A stretch of 64,000 nucleotides of DNA from a virus, in IMG/VR virus record IMGVR_UViG_3300043470_000217, positions 1 to 64,000 of that record; one strand, 5' to 3'. The notes beneath the pieces are model-generated. The model was not told where the DNA came from. It ran no database searches and was given only the letters and a program-made list of their open reading frames with translations. The position numbers and the translations under genes were made by a program. Shown piece by piece: positions 39,201 through 47,230 of the stretch. Position 1 is the stretch's first letter. Every line of letters begins with the position of its first letter.

Positions 39201-41852
39201 AGCAAAAGAGCTAGTATAAAAGATAAAGAAGAGTTTAAAGAGTTAGATAACATCAAAGGTGAAAATGGTGTAGATGCACTTACACAAAAAGCTTTAAAGC
39301 GATTGTATAGTGAGTTAGCAGATATGCAATATAAATCTCCTACAGATGATTACTTTAGTGTTTTCAATACTAAGTTAGAGGCTATTGATCAAACTAAACT
39401 TGCAAACTTCTCTGTATCAGAAATCAACATAGATAACTATGATAACTTTTTAAAGCCTGGTTTCTTATCTAAGTATTTTAAAGCTAGTCCTGAGTTTAAA
39501 GAATGGTTTTTAGCAAACCACATTATGACTGAGAGGTATAACTATAAGACTAAGAAAGAAGAGAGAGTTTATGAAAGATTATATGTTTGGAGTGTAACTC
39601 AACCAGCTAATGAAGAAGATTACAATACTTATAAGTACAATGATGTAAATCCATCTACCGGTGAGATTACTGAAGTTACTTTAGATAAAATACCAAAGAT
39701 AGACTTCTACAGAAGAGCTGTTAAAAAACAATACAGAACCGGCTATAATAAAGCAACTGATAAAGTAGAGCGTCAAGTAGGTGTACATGTAGATAATAGA
39801 GGTAACTGGTTACCACGTACAATGGCACAAGGTGCTAAAGATGATTCCTATATTAACAAAGCTTACTTTGATCTTAAAAAGAATAGTCCGGCAAAGGCAA
39901 AAGTCCTTGATACAATTGTAAAGTATACATTGTTATTCCAGGAAGATAAAACTAAGTATGGAAAACTGTACTTAGATGTACCTAGATTCAGAAAGCTTAA
40001 GAGCGAATTAGTAGGTGGTAGTTTAAATAGAAGTGCTGCTAAAGTTAAAACCTTTATCAAACAAGTAAAAGATTCTGTTACTAAAACAGAGGATGATTTT
40101 GATCAAGGCTTTAACTATGAAGATTCATTTAACTTAGTAAGAGCAGACATGTTTGATGAAGAGATTTCTTCTATTCCAGTAAAAGGATTGTATAAGTTAG
40201 ATGTAGATCAGGTATCATTAAATGTACCATACTCTATGTTGCAGTACATGTTCTCATTAGAACACCAGAAAAAGCTTATTGAATTAAATCCAATAGCTCA
40301 AGCTTTACAGAAAGTTGTATCTAATCCTGAAAATACTATTAAAGATACTTCTAAGGTAAATGGATACAACTGGGCAACTAATAATATCAAATCTTATCTA
40401 CCTAAGAAAGGAAAGAATGTAAGAGCTGAAGCAATTAATACTTTAATTGAAAGAGAGTTTAAAGGTCAAACTAGAGTTGGTTGGTTATCAGAACCAACTA
40501 GCTTAAGTAAAGCTGTAGATATTTTACAATCACAGTCTACTTTTGCAATGTTTGCATTTAATGTTTTACCATCAGCATTTAAAAACTTTGGTGGTGCTGT
40601 TACACAGATGATCATTGAATCAGGTGGTGGTAAGTATCTTAACAAGCGTTCTTACTTACAAGGTCAGAGTAGAGCATTAAAAATAATGACTGATATCTCA
40701 GCTAATATTTATAATCCTGGTGAGAAAAGTATTGATTATCAATTAGTTGAGATCTTTGATCCTATTAAAGGTAGATTCCAAGAACGTTTTGGTGCTGAGT
40801 TTGGTAGATCAATTGGTACTGATTTAGCTGATAGTCTTATGCTAGGTGCTGGTAAGAGTAGATCTAATGGTGTATCTACTGCGCCTAGAAAGTGGTTAGA
40901 AAATGAAGGAACACTTTCTTTGTTTGCCGGTATGATGATCTTTAAAAAAGTACCACAGACTATTAATGGCCAAACTAATATGATCAATTACATAGATGCT
41001 TGGGAAAAAGATGGTCAGGGAATTATTAAATTAAAACCAGGTATTGATGAGACTTATGCTCCGGGTGGTGAAGAGTTTAAATTAATGCGTAATAGCATAC
41101 AGGAAACTAGTAACAACCTACAAGGTGCTTATTCATTAATGGATAAAGTAATGCTTGATAGATATGCAGTATGGCGGATGTTCTCAGGACTAAGACGTTT
41201 CTTTACAAGGATGTTTGTAAACAGATTTAGTCCTTTAAGATATTCTCAGCGTACTGGTAATATGACTGAAGGTTATTATAGATCATTTGCTATATTCTTA
41301 AAAGACTTTGTTTCTAGAGCTTCTTCTGGTAACATGTATATGACTGATAATGAAACCTATGCAACTAAGAAAGTATTAACTGAAGGTATAAGTATTACAT
41401 TACTAGCTCTTATGATTGCTTATCTATTTGGATATGATCCAGATGATGAAGATAGATTTGAAAAGATGCGTGAAAGAAGTGGTGATTTATTATCAGATGA
41501 CTTTAATGCCGGTGGTTGGTTAGTTAACCACGGTTTAGTTGTAGCACTTGGAACAAGACAGGAAACTATTACTTTCTTAAATCCTAGGGAATACGTTGGT
41601 TTAGTTTACTCAGGAGGCGCTCCAACATTGGGCCCTGTAGTAGATAAGTATAAAGACGTAGGTGTAAACTTAATGCACTTACTTACTAATGATAACCGTG
41701 CTTATTATACTAGAGATGTAGGACCTTATTCTTGGCAAAAAGAAAATGCACCTAAAATCTTCAATGATCTTGGATATTTATTTGGATTCACTGGTAATCA
41801 AGTTGATCCAGTTAAAGCTTTGAAAGGTGTAGAGTTCCAAACTAGAAGATAA
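36294..41852 (+). CDS. Large virion cargo protein with zincin HExxH domain
   Basis: HEYAH at 36879-36893; helical body; C-terminal hydrophobic helix. ATG 36294 (MSKC) preferred over TTG 36285. Confidence 0.7.
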   Translation: MSKCRLDIQNDVLKTYKKALAKEVGQFLSPTDSLSTFYVNAEGNTQVGSAAIAKAVLELNQYWRTNMAEFITWDGDSRVFVNPPKYVVDHYWEVYKKNNDITEESPEYYRVGDEDFLNSLFPSVEIQETAKAQEIATKFANNLAAQTGINYKMISPEKASELTKDTTAPWNGEPAFYYQDTVYFIENGFKLNQVLHEYAHPIVRSLYLNNYDLFNNLYNQIISTEEGAAIVNTVTELYPEYAITDPNFAQEVFVRALEQAAVQKANKISSSTGFNSFISNLLFAIKQLIRKVFGKGVKVEKLSVDTTLDQLADMLVGENFILTTEVITPQDLVLYSKNNKTLYADLDKVNTDALVQVVNRFFSNSKSQLSRIRTNKNYSDFVDTITTESGRSILKDIVDNLRVAETTTVDDKVKKFKDDIDKREKQIVSLVRSSLQTDVLLDRIVDKLSDMQSMSDTKEVINQTFYYDILLRNWNKFIQETINGLTDSGLRTDSSLFALFSRMSKKAEQADRLINNIYKKGVGGILTEQIEPLAKNVDKYFTDKLDLLKSKNAPQREIEKVKAEWERLKLNRATIDDYLSGMRGDVNALSAYVESFASSPDPIISSFSVFLDNAYTDVELKAKKNKDDFLNDLLPALKEAGYSDKNISELMQELTFEEEVVIRDRDGNAKTFKKLVLLNPFKAFEKVISQFQFDIEDAKRLGDIEKARLLNKQFRQFSRDYMHDEFVPEFYTKEKIYDSELGSVIYQRKQDILADIADIDQRVFEDLTEEDAFEEKKILWKKYSQLASLRDEAGKLKTGDELEMAKIEKQYRDESRKFYEWKEITGLFEFKLNQFKQDLLDQGLTVDSEEFKDNVNDWIDANTRVSIKSEFYDKKQAILTKIKAITDTLPANVASKVEQGKLWEELIDIVIGFRDDDGQPVGSEMSEERLKRIKELQEEILKIKNNMATFSGLSKLQFERYLELAKLIKSKRASIKDKEEFKELDNIKGENGVDALTQKALKRLYSELADMQYKSPTDDYFSVFNTKLEAIDQTKLANFSVSEINIDNYDNFLKPGFLSKYFKASPEFKEWFLANHIMTERYNYKTKKEERVYERLYVWSVTQPANEEDYNTYKYNDVNPSTGEITEVTLDKIPKIDFYRRAVKKQYRTGYNKATDKVERQVGVHVDNRGNWLPRTMAQGAKDDSYINKAYFDLKKNSPAKAKVLDTIVKYTLLFQEDKTKYGKLYLDVPRFRKLKSELVGGSLNRSAAKVKTFIKQVKDSVTKTEDDFDQGFNYEDSFNLVRADMFDEEISSIPVKGLYKLDVDQVSLNVPYSMLQYMFSLEHQKKLIELNPIAQALQKVVSNPENTIKDTSKVNGYNWATNNIKSYLPKKGKNVRAEAINTLIEREFKGQTRVGWLSEPTSLSKAVDILQSQSTFAMFAFNVLPSAFKNFGGAVTQMIIESGGGKYLNKRSYLQGQSRALKIMTDISANIYNPGEKSIDYQLVEIFDPIKGRFQERFGAEFGRSIGTDLADSLMLGAGKSRSNGVSTAPRKWLENEGTLSLFAGMMIFKKVPQTINGQTNMINYIDAWEKDGQGIIKLKPGIDETYAPGGEEFKLMRNSIQETSNNLQGAYSLMDKVMLDRYAVWRMFSGLRRFFTRMFVNRFSPLRYSQRTGNMTEGYYRSFAIFLKDFVSRASSGNMYMTDNETYATKKVLTEGISITLLALMIAYLFGYDPDDEDRFEKMRERSGDLLSDDFNAGGWLVNHGLVVALGTRQETITFLNPREYVGLVYSGGAPTLGPVVDKYKDVGVNLMHLLTNDNRAYYTRDVGPYSWQKENAPKIFNDLGYLFGFTGNQVDPVKALKGVEFQTRR

Positions 41853-41856
41853 TTTC

Positions 41857-41872
41857 GTATATTATATATGTA
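41857..41872 (+). promoter_or_regulatory. Candidate phage late-promoter motif GTATATTATATATGTA
   Basis: Intergenic, upstream of the lysis cassette; matches the motifs at 4926 and 6289. Confidence 0.5.
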
Positions 41873-41932
41873 GTACCTAAAAACCATCTAGGGCTGCATC
41901 CCGAATTAACTGCGGTAAAAAACAAATACCGT

Positions 41933-42181
41933 ATGAAACTATTAAACTTTATTGGCGGCCTATTCAAGGATGAAAAAGGCTCTGTTTCCATGAAACGCCT
42001 GTGTGGCTTAGTCTGCACTTTAACTCTATGCGCTACATTGTACGCTAACTCTTTTACTGAAGCACACTTTGCTCCCTCTGTTCCTTTGGTGGATGCAGTT
42101 GCATTGTTGGCTTTTGGTTGTCTTTCTTTGACAAGTGCAGAAAAAATTATGAAAAAGAAGGAAGGAGAGTCTGCTGAATAA
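41933..42181 (+). CDS. Putative holin (2 TM)
   Basis: Two hydrophobic helices, SMKR motif, charged C-terminal tail; upstream of the endolysin. Confidence 0.65.
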   Translation: MKLLNFIGGLFKDEKGSVSMKRLCGLVCTLTLCATLYANSFTEAHFAPSVPLVDAVALLAFGCLSLTSAEKIMKKKEGESAE

Positions 42182-42183
42182 AA

Positions 42184-42885
42184 ATGGCTTATGTCTACAG
42201 ACATATCAGGTTAGATAAAAATGTACCTTTCTATATTGGATTAGGTACAGATTCTAATTATTCTAGAGCACACCAAACTAAAAGTAGAAATCAACACTGG
42301 CATAATGTTGTAAAAAACTCTGGGTATAGAGTAGAAATTATGTTAGATGATTTGTCTTTTGAAGAAGCTTGTGCTAAAGAAATAGAACTGATAAGTATGT
42401 ATGGCAGAATAGATACTTGTGGAGGTACTCTTGTTAATTGGACTGATGGAGGTCAAGGTACTTTAGGTTGGAGACATGAAGTTGGATACTGGACAGGAAA
42501 ATCTTTACCAGAATCTATGCGTAAGAATCTATCTGAAGTAGCTAAATTAAGAGTGGGAAAAAAGAACCACTTTTATGGAAAGAATCATTCTGAGGAAACA
42601 AAAGAAAAACTTAGACAGAGTAGATTAGGTAGCACCCTTACAGAAGAAACTAAACTTAAGATAAAAGAGTCTTTAAAGAACTCTGAAGCTTTTAAGAATA
42701 GAAAACATTCAGTAAGACTTGGTGCAGATAATCCTAAGTCTAAACAAGTAATCAATACTGAAACAGGAGAGATTTATGAGAATCTCAGAATTGCTTCAGA
42801 GATTACTGAAATAAGTTACAACAAGTTAAGATCTTACTGCCAAGGAAAAGTTAAAAGCAAGACTAACTGGAATTATCTACTATAA
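42184..42885 (+). CDS. GIY-YIG-like homing endonuclease with NUMOD3 repeats
   Basis: YVYRH...FYIGLG...R...E...LVNWTDGGQG nuclease domain; NHFYGKNHSEETKEKLR NUMOD3; C-terminal NUMOD1-like HTH. Confidence 0.8.
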   Translation: MAYVYRHIRLDKNVPFYIGLGTDSNYSRAHQTKSRNQHWHNVVKNSGYRVEIMLDDLSFEEACAKEIELISMYGRIDTCGGTLVNWTDGGQGTLGWRHEVGYWTGKSLPESMRKNLSEVAKLRVGKKNHFYGKNHSEETKEKLRQSRLGSTLTEETKLKIKESLKNSEAFKNRKHSVRLGADNPKSKQVINTETGEIYENLRIASEITEISYNKLRSYCQGKVKSKTNWNYLL

Positions 42886-42901
42886 ACTATAAACTATAAA
42901 C
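42879..42901 (+). repeat. Tandem repeat (ACTATAA)x3
   Basis: actataa actataa actataa ac at the endonuclease/endolysin junction. Confidence 0.8.
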
Positions 42902-42905
42902 AATT

Positions 42906-43493
42906 ATGAGCTATACAAGAGAACAAATTGAAGCGGCTATGAAAGCCAAAGGTTACAAGTACTTTGAGAATGGAGAATTTAACGTAAACATTATTGGTGT
43001 ACGTAACTCTTCTACCGGTACTAAAGTAACTAATGTATTTGATGATCACTTAACTATTTCTTACAAAGAAGGTGGTGAGTGGAAATTTAAAATCTGGCCT
43101 GCTACTACAGATCCAGGAACTAAGGGTGTTAAAGAATTCCATAACGCTGCAGGTGTTGCACGTTTGGTACCTGGTCAATACTCAGGTTCACACCATGTAG
43201 GATTGCACCAAGGTAAGTATGAGGCCCTTAAGCAAAAGGCTAACGTTAAAGTTTACCGTGATGCTAACAAAGACATGAACTATGACGAGTCCAAGATACA
43301 AGAAGGCATCTTCGGTATTAATATTCATAAAGCTGGTGCAGACTCTACCTACGTTGAAAACTGGTCAGAAGGTTGCCAAGTGTTTAAGAAGTCTGCTGAC
43401 TTTGATGCATTCATGGTTATCTGTAAGAAGGCTGCGGCATTGGGTGGTAACTCTTTCACTTATACTCTTATTGAGTCTAAAGACATTAAATAA
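42906..43493 (+). CDS. Putative endolysin, YkuD/L,D-transpeptidase-like cysteine peptidase
   Basis: GINIH-x11-SEGCQV His/Cys motif; downstream of the holin. Confidence 0.65.
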   Translation: MSYTREQIEAAMKAKGYKYFENGEFNVNIIGVRNSSTGTKVTNVFDDHLTISYKEGGEWKFKIWPATTDPGTKGVKEFHNAAGVARLVPGQYSGSHHVGLHQGKYEALKQKANVKVYRDANKDMNYDESKIQEGIFGINIHKAGADSTYVENWSEGCQVFKKSADFDAFMVICKKAAALGGNSFTYTLIESKDIK

Positions 43494-43496
43494 ATT

Positions 43497-43946
43497 ATGA
43501 GGGGGTTATTAGTTAACCTCTTATTATTCTTAGCCGTCCCTTGTTTTGGTCAGATGAAAATTGACAAAGCAGGGGACGGTTGGGATTTAAAAGTTGATTC
43601 AGCAATTCAACTTATAAAGAGAGTAGACATAGCTAAGTATAAGCTGCTTGATACAAACTGTCATCAGGTATCTTTTATGATTAGTCCCTACTCTTCATGT
43701 TTATTAGAGAATGGTTTGGGACATATTTACATAGCTGTAGATGACATTAAACTAAACTCTATAAACAATATTGCTGTAGTGCTAATACATGAGAGTCTCC
43801 ACTTGTATATAGCCAAACTGGGTATAGCACTTATACCCGAAAAAGAAGAGACATTTTGCTATATGTATGAATTAAGCTTCATAAGTAAATTAGAAAATCC
43901 AGAGCCTTGGCTCACAGAACACGCTATAAATAACATAAAAAAATGA
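43497..43946 (+). CDS. Secreted HExxH metallopeptidase-like protein
   Basis: Signal peptide ending CFG|Q; LIHESLH followed by EETFCY. Confidence 0.55.
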   Translation: MRGLLVNLLLFLAVPCFGQMKIDKAGDGWDLKVDSAIQLIKRVDIAKYKLLDTNCHQVSFMISPYSSCLLENGLGHIYIAVDDIKLNSINNIAVVLIHESLHLYIAKLGIALIPEKEETFCYMYELSFISKLENPEPWLTEHAINNIKK

Positions 43947-45838
43947 AAAAATTATTCTCCTCATTAGTAACAACTTTGTTTGCAGTAGTAACCTATGCAC
44001 AAAGTGCTAGCACAAGTCCAGGCACAGGTCACTGGGTTGTGATTGATTCAGGTTATCAAGTTGCTACATCTTCTGCCGGACAGACTGTAGCTCCACTTTA
44101 CTTCTATAATACTTCTACATCCGAGAACATTACCGGTATGCAGTACAGAGTATTCTATGACAAAACTGCTTTCACTGCAGTAGTACCTAGTTTAAAAATC
44201 TCTTCTTCAGATCAGTATTTGCAATATGTAGATGACAACACTAATGGTCACTTAACAGTTACCGTAGCTTATACCGGATCTAGTTCTACATTTAACTACT
44301 CTAACGGAGCTACATTTGATCTTACGTTTACACATGCTGCAGAGTCTGTATGGAATACATTAGATTCTATCAAGACTCTTAAGATTTCAGGTGTACAATC
44401 TTTCTCAAACAAAGCTGCTACTAGCTGGGGTAATGATACTACCTTGGTAGTTTACTCTTATGGTGGTCGCTTCAATCAGAAGGTATTAAGATTTGCGGCT
44501 AAGTTTAAGAACGTTACAGGATCAGATGCTAAATTCCTTTGGGTATCTTTAGAGAAAAGAGCTAAAGGTTCTTCAAGCTGGTCTCAAATAGAAGCTAAAA
44601 CTACTAACTCTTTGGGACATGTAGTGTTTAAAAAATTCTTGGATACTACTTACTGGGATGTAAGAATGGTAGTTAAGGGTGATACAATGACTCCAGGTAA
44701 TGTATTCTCTACTGCAGATGCGCAGAAGATTAACCAAGCTATTTTAGCTCAGTATAGTCCTGCCGGTTTTGATTACTATACCATGGATGTAAACGGATCA
44801 GATGGTAATATTACTATTGCTGATGTATACTCTGTATACGGAAGACTTGCCGGAAGATTCACTGCTTGGCCTAACTCTAAGAAAGACATCTTATTCTTTA
44901 CTGTAGCTGAGTACAATGCTATTAACGGTTCAAGTACAAACTATACTGGTACTTATACTGGTGAGACTAACTTTATCTACTCTGTAGATGGTAAAGACTC
45001 TATCACTTACTATGTAGCTGTTAAAGGTGATGCTAACTCTACCGGATTTAAAATGGCCCGTTTAACACCCATCAAGATTGTTAACCCTGCTAATGCTAAG
45101 AAATATATCATAGATGAAACTGTTCAGTATGATTTCCCTGCAGAGACTATTGAGATCAACATGCCTAAAGTAACCGTAGATGAAGGTAACTTAGTTAATG
45201 TACCAGTTAAAGTTTTAACTGATGCTAAAAACTTAGGCGCATTGCAGTTAGACTTACGTTATGATACTGCTTACTTAGAGTTTAAGAAAGTAGAAAACAC
45301 CGAGAAGATCATGAAATGGACTTCTTACTTGAATCCTTCTAACGGTACTATCTCTTGGGGAGGTGCCGACTTAACTAATGAGAACATGCTTAATGACGGA
45401 GAGCAAGTATTCACTCTTCAGTTTATTGCTAAGAAGCCACAAGACTCTTGGGCTACTGCAGCTTTATGGACAGGTGCTAAGTATGTAGGAGATAAGAACT
45501 CTAAAGACATGAATATCACCCCGGCTATGGGAGTAATTGAAGTACGTAGAATTAACAAGGGAACTATTTCCCTGAATGATTTAAATTCTATTATAGTATT
45601 CCCTAACCCTACAGAAGGTGATGTACAGGTACAGTTTAGAATTAAAGAAGATGGATATGTAGATATGTCTATCTCTGATGAAGTAGGAAGACGCATTCAA
45701 ACATTGTTAAAAGAAAACATGCCAGCCGGCAAGTATAAATACATGGCCAAACTAGATAGTTTAGCTGATGGTATTTATGTACTATCTGTAACTACAGATA
45801 CAGAATCACTTCACTCTAAAATAATAGTACAAAAATGA
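43943..45838 (+). CDS. T9SS-sorted protein with two cohesin-like domains and a dockerin-like domain
   Basis: Signal peptide TYA|Q; cohesin-like ITGMQYRVFYD and LGALQLDLRYD; EF-hand-like DVNGSDGNITIAD; type A CTD VFPNP...GIYVL...KIIVQK. Confidence 0.8.
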   Translation: MKKLFSSLVTTLFAVVTYAQSASTSPGTGHWVVIDSGYQVATSSAGQTVAPLYFYNTSTSENITGMQYRVFYDKTAFTAVVPSLKISSSDQYLQYVDDNTNGHLTVTVAYTGSSSTFNYSNGATFDLTFTHAAESVWNTLDSIKTLKISGVQSFSNKAATSWGNDTTLVVYSYGGRFNQKVLRFAAKFKNVTGSDAKFLWVSLEKRAKGSSSWSQIEAKTTNSLGHVVFKKFLDTTYWDVRMVVKGDTMTPGNVFSTADAQKINQAILAQYSPAGFDYYTMDVNGSDGNITIADVYSVYGRLAGRFTAWPNSKKDILFFTVAEYNAINGSSTNYTGTYTGETNFIYSVDGKDSITYYVAVKGDANSTGFKMARLTPIKIVNPANAKKYIIDETVQYDFPAETIEINMPKVTVDEGNLVNVPVKVLTDAKNLGALQLDLRYDTAYLEFKKVENTEKIMKWTSYLNPSNGTISWGGADLTNENMLNDGEQVFTLQFIAKKPQDSWATAALWTGAKYVGDKNSKDMNITPAMGVIEVRRINKGTISLNDLNSIIVFPNPTEGDVQVQFRIKEDGYVDMSISDEVGRRIQTLLKENMPAGKYKYMAKLDSLADGIYVLSVTTDTESLHSKIIVQK

Positions 45839-46203
45839 ACATTAAAAAAGCACTTGGTCTTAACCAAGCAGAACCCGTAGCAGTAGATTCTAATAATAGA
45901 TTCTATTACATGCTACAACAAATGCAAGCCAACCGTTGGAAAATTACAGCCATTGTATTAGGTTTGTTCTTCTTTATCATCCTTGGTATTAACTCTGCTG
46001 TATTCTTTGGAGTAGAGATTGCAGAGTCTTGGAAAGAAATGTTACTTATTCTTTTTGGAGCATTTGTAGGTAACTTGAACAAAGTAGTTGACTACTGGTT
46101 TAACTCAGAAGACAGAGATAAAATGTTAATAGCTAAGGTGGATGAGGAAGATGATACTCCAGAAGTTTTAGCAGCTAAGTATAGTAAAAAAGAAGAAAAT
46201 TAA
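45835..46203 (+). CDS. Two-TM membrane protein
   Basis: Two hydrophobic helices; KEMLLILFGAFVGNLNKVVDYWF. Confidence 0.6.
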   Translation: MNIKKALGLNQAEPVAVDSNNRFYYMLQQMQANRWKITAIVLGLFFFIILGINSAVFFGVEIAESWKEMLLILFGAFVGNLNKVVDYWFNSEDRDKMLIAKVDEEDDTPEVLAAKYSKKEEN

Positions 46204-46214
46204 TAAATAATAAT

Positions 46215-46538
46215 ATGTCTGAAGAACAAGAAGAAAGCGTAATGTCAGCTACTAAGAAAGCTATCATTGGCGCAGTAACCACTGCTGTAACTGCAGGAGG
46301 TGCATGGTTTGCCACTCACTTTGGTGGCGGTGAAGAACCCAAAGAAGAAGCTAAAACAGAACAAGCACCCGCTGCTGCTCCTGTGATTAACTTGAATCTA
46401 GAGAACAACAACACTAATCAGCAGAAACAATCTGCAGGTGGTACTAACACAATTATTAAAGAGCGTGTTATTGAGAAGCCAGCTGCTACTCCTGCTCCTG
46501 CTGCTAAGCCTGAACCTAAAGAAGAAGATCCGTGGTAA
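46215..46538 (+). CDS. Single-anchor membrane protein with Pro/Ala/Glu-rich linker
   Basis: N-terminal hydrophobic helix; PAAAP and PAPAAKPEPKEEDPW tail. Confidence 0.6.
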   Translation: MSEEQEESVMSATKKAIIGAVTTAVTAGGAWFATHFGGGEEPKEEAKTEQAPAAAPVINLNLENNNTNQQKQSAGGTNTIIKERVIEKPAATPAPAAKPEPKEEDPW

Positions 46539-47230
46539 AAAAATGGTTTAATGGGTTCATGACTTTAGTGGTTATGACATTAGCTGGTTGTGGTAGTATG
46601 AAAACTACTACAGATGATGAGCCAGTAGAGGTAAAAAATATCTCTACTGTTTCCGGTTATACTGATTCTATTAAGAAAACAGTACAGGTGGTTAATGTAG
46701 ACATGACAAAAGTCCTAAGTTTATATCCTGGTTTACAAGAGAAGAACGTAGGTCTTGGGTTTGCTGAATCAGTTCTAGATTATTTAGATGAAACAAATAG
46801 ATTTATATTCACAGAAGAGAAGTCAGAGATTAAAGAAAGAATGGTTGCTCAATTCAAAGCTTCAAAGAAAGGTGTATTTGATGAACCAATTGATGGGAAA
46901 GGTAAGATTAAGCCTGCTCACTACTTTGTTTACGTTACTGTGGCTGATTTTGCTGTTGATGAAGACGAGCAAGTTGATGGCCTTAAGTCAAAGGTTGTTG
47001 TTACTACCTTCATACGTTTACAAGTTAGGTTTGTTGATGCTAAGACAGGGCAAATCTATATTGGATCTGGTGAAGGTGAGTCAACAAAAACTGGTGAATC
47101 ATTCTTAAAATCTTTAGATAACATCAAATTCTCTCAAAGCACTGTAGGTAAAGCTACTAGAAAGTCTCTTGAAACTGCTTGTACTAATGTGATTCAAAAT
47201 CTCATTAAGTCAGGTGTGTTTAAAAACTAA
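46532..47230 (+). CDS. CsgG/HfaB-like lipoprotein
   Basis: Lipobox LAGC; LDETNRFIFTEE and LQVRFVDAKTGQI..GSGEG match the CsgG-family pattern. Confidence 0.7.
   Translation: MVKKWFNGFMTLVVMTLAGCGSMKTTTDDEPVEVKNISTVSGYTDSIKKTVQVVNVDMTKVLSLYPGLQEKNVGLGFAESVLDYLDETNRFIFTEEKSEIKERMVAQFKASKKGVFDEPIDGKGKIKPAHYFVYVTVADFAVDEDEQVDGLKSKVVVTTFIRLQVRFVDAKTGQIYIGSGEGESTKTGESFLKSLDNIKFSQSTVGKATRKSLETACTNVIQNLIKSGVFKN

Noticed and set aside
41889-41925. Possible pseudoknot in the holin leader (GGG-CTGCA-TCCC...TGCGG)
   Set aside because: Stems are only 3-5 bp and cannot be distinguished from chance without covariation data
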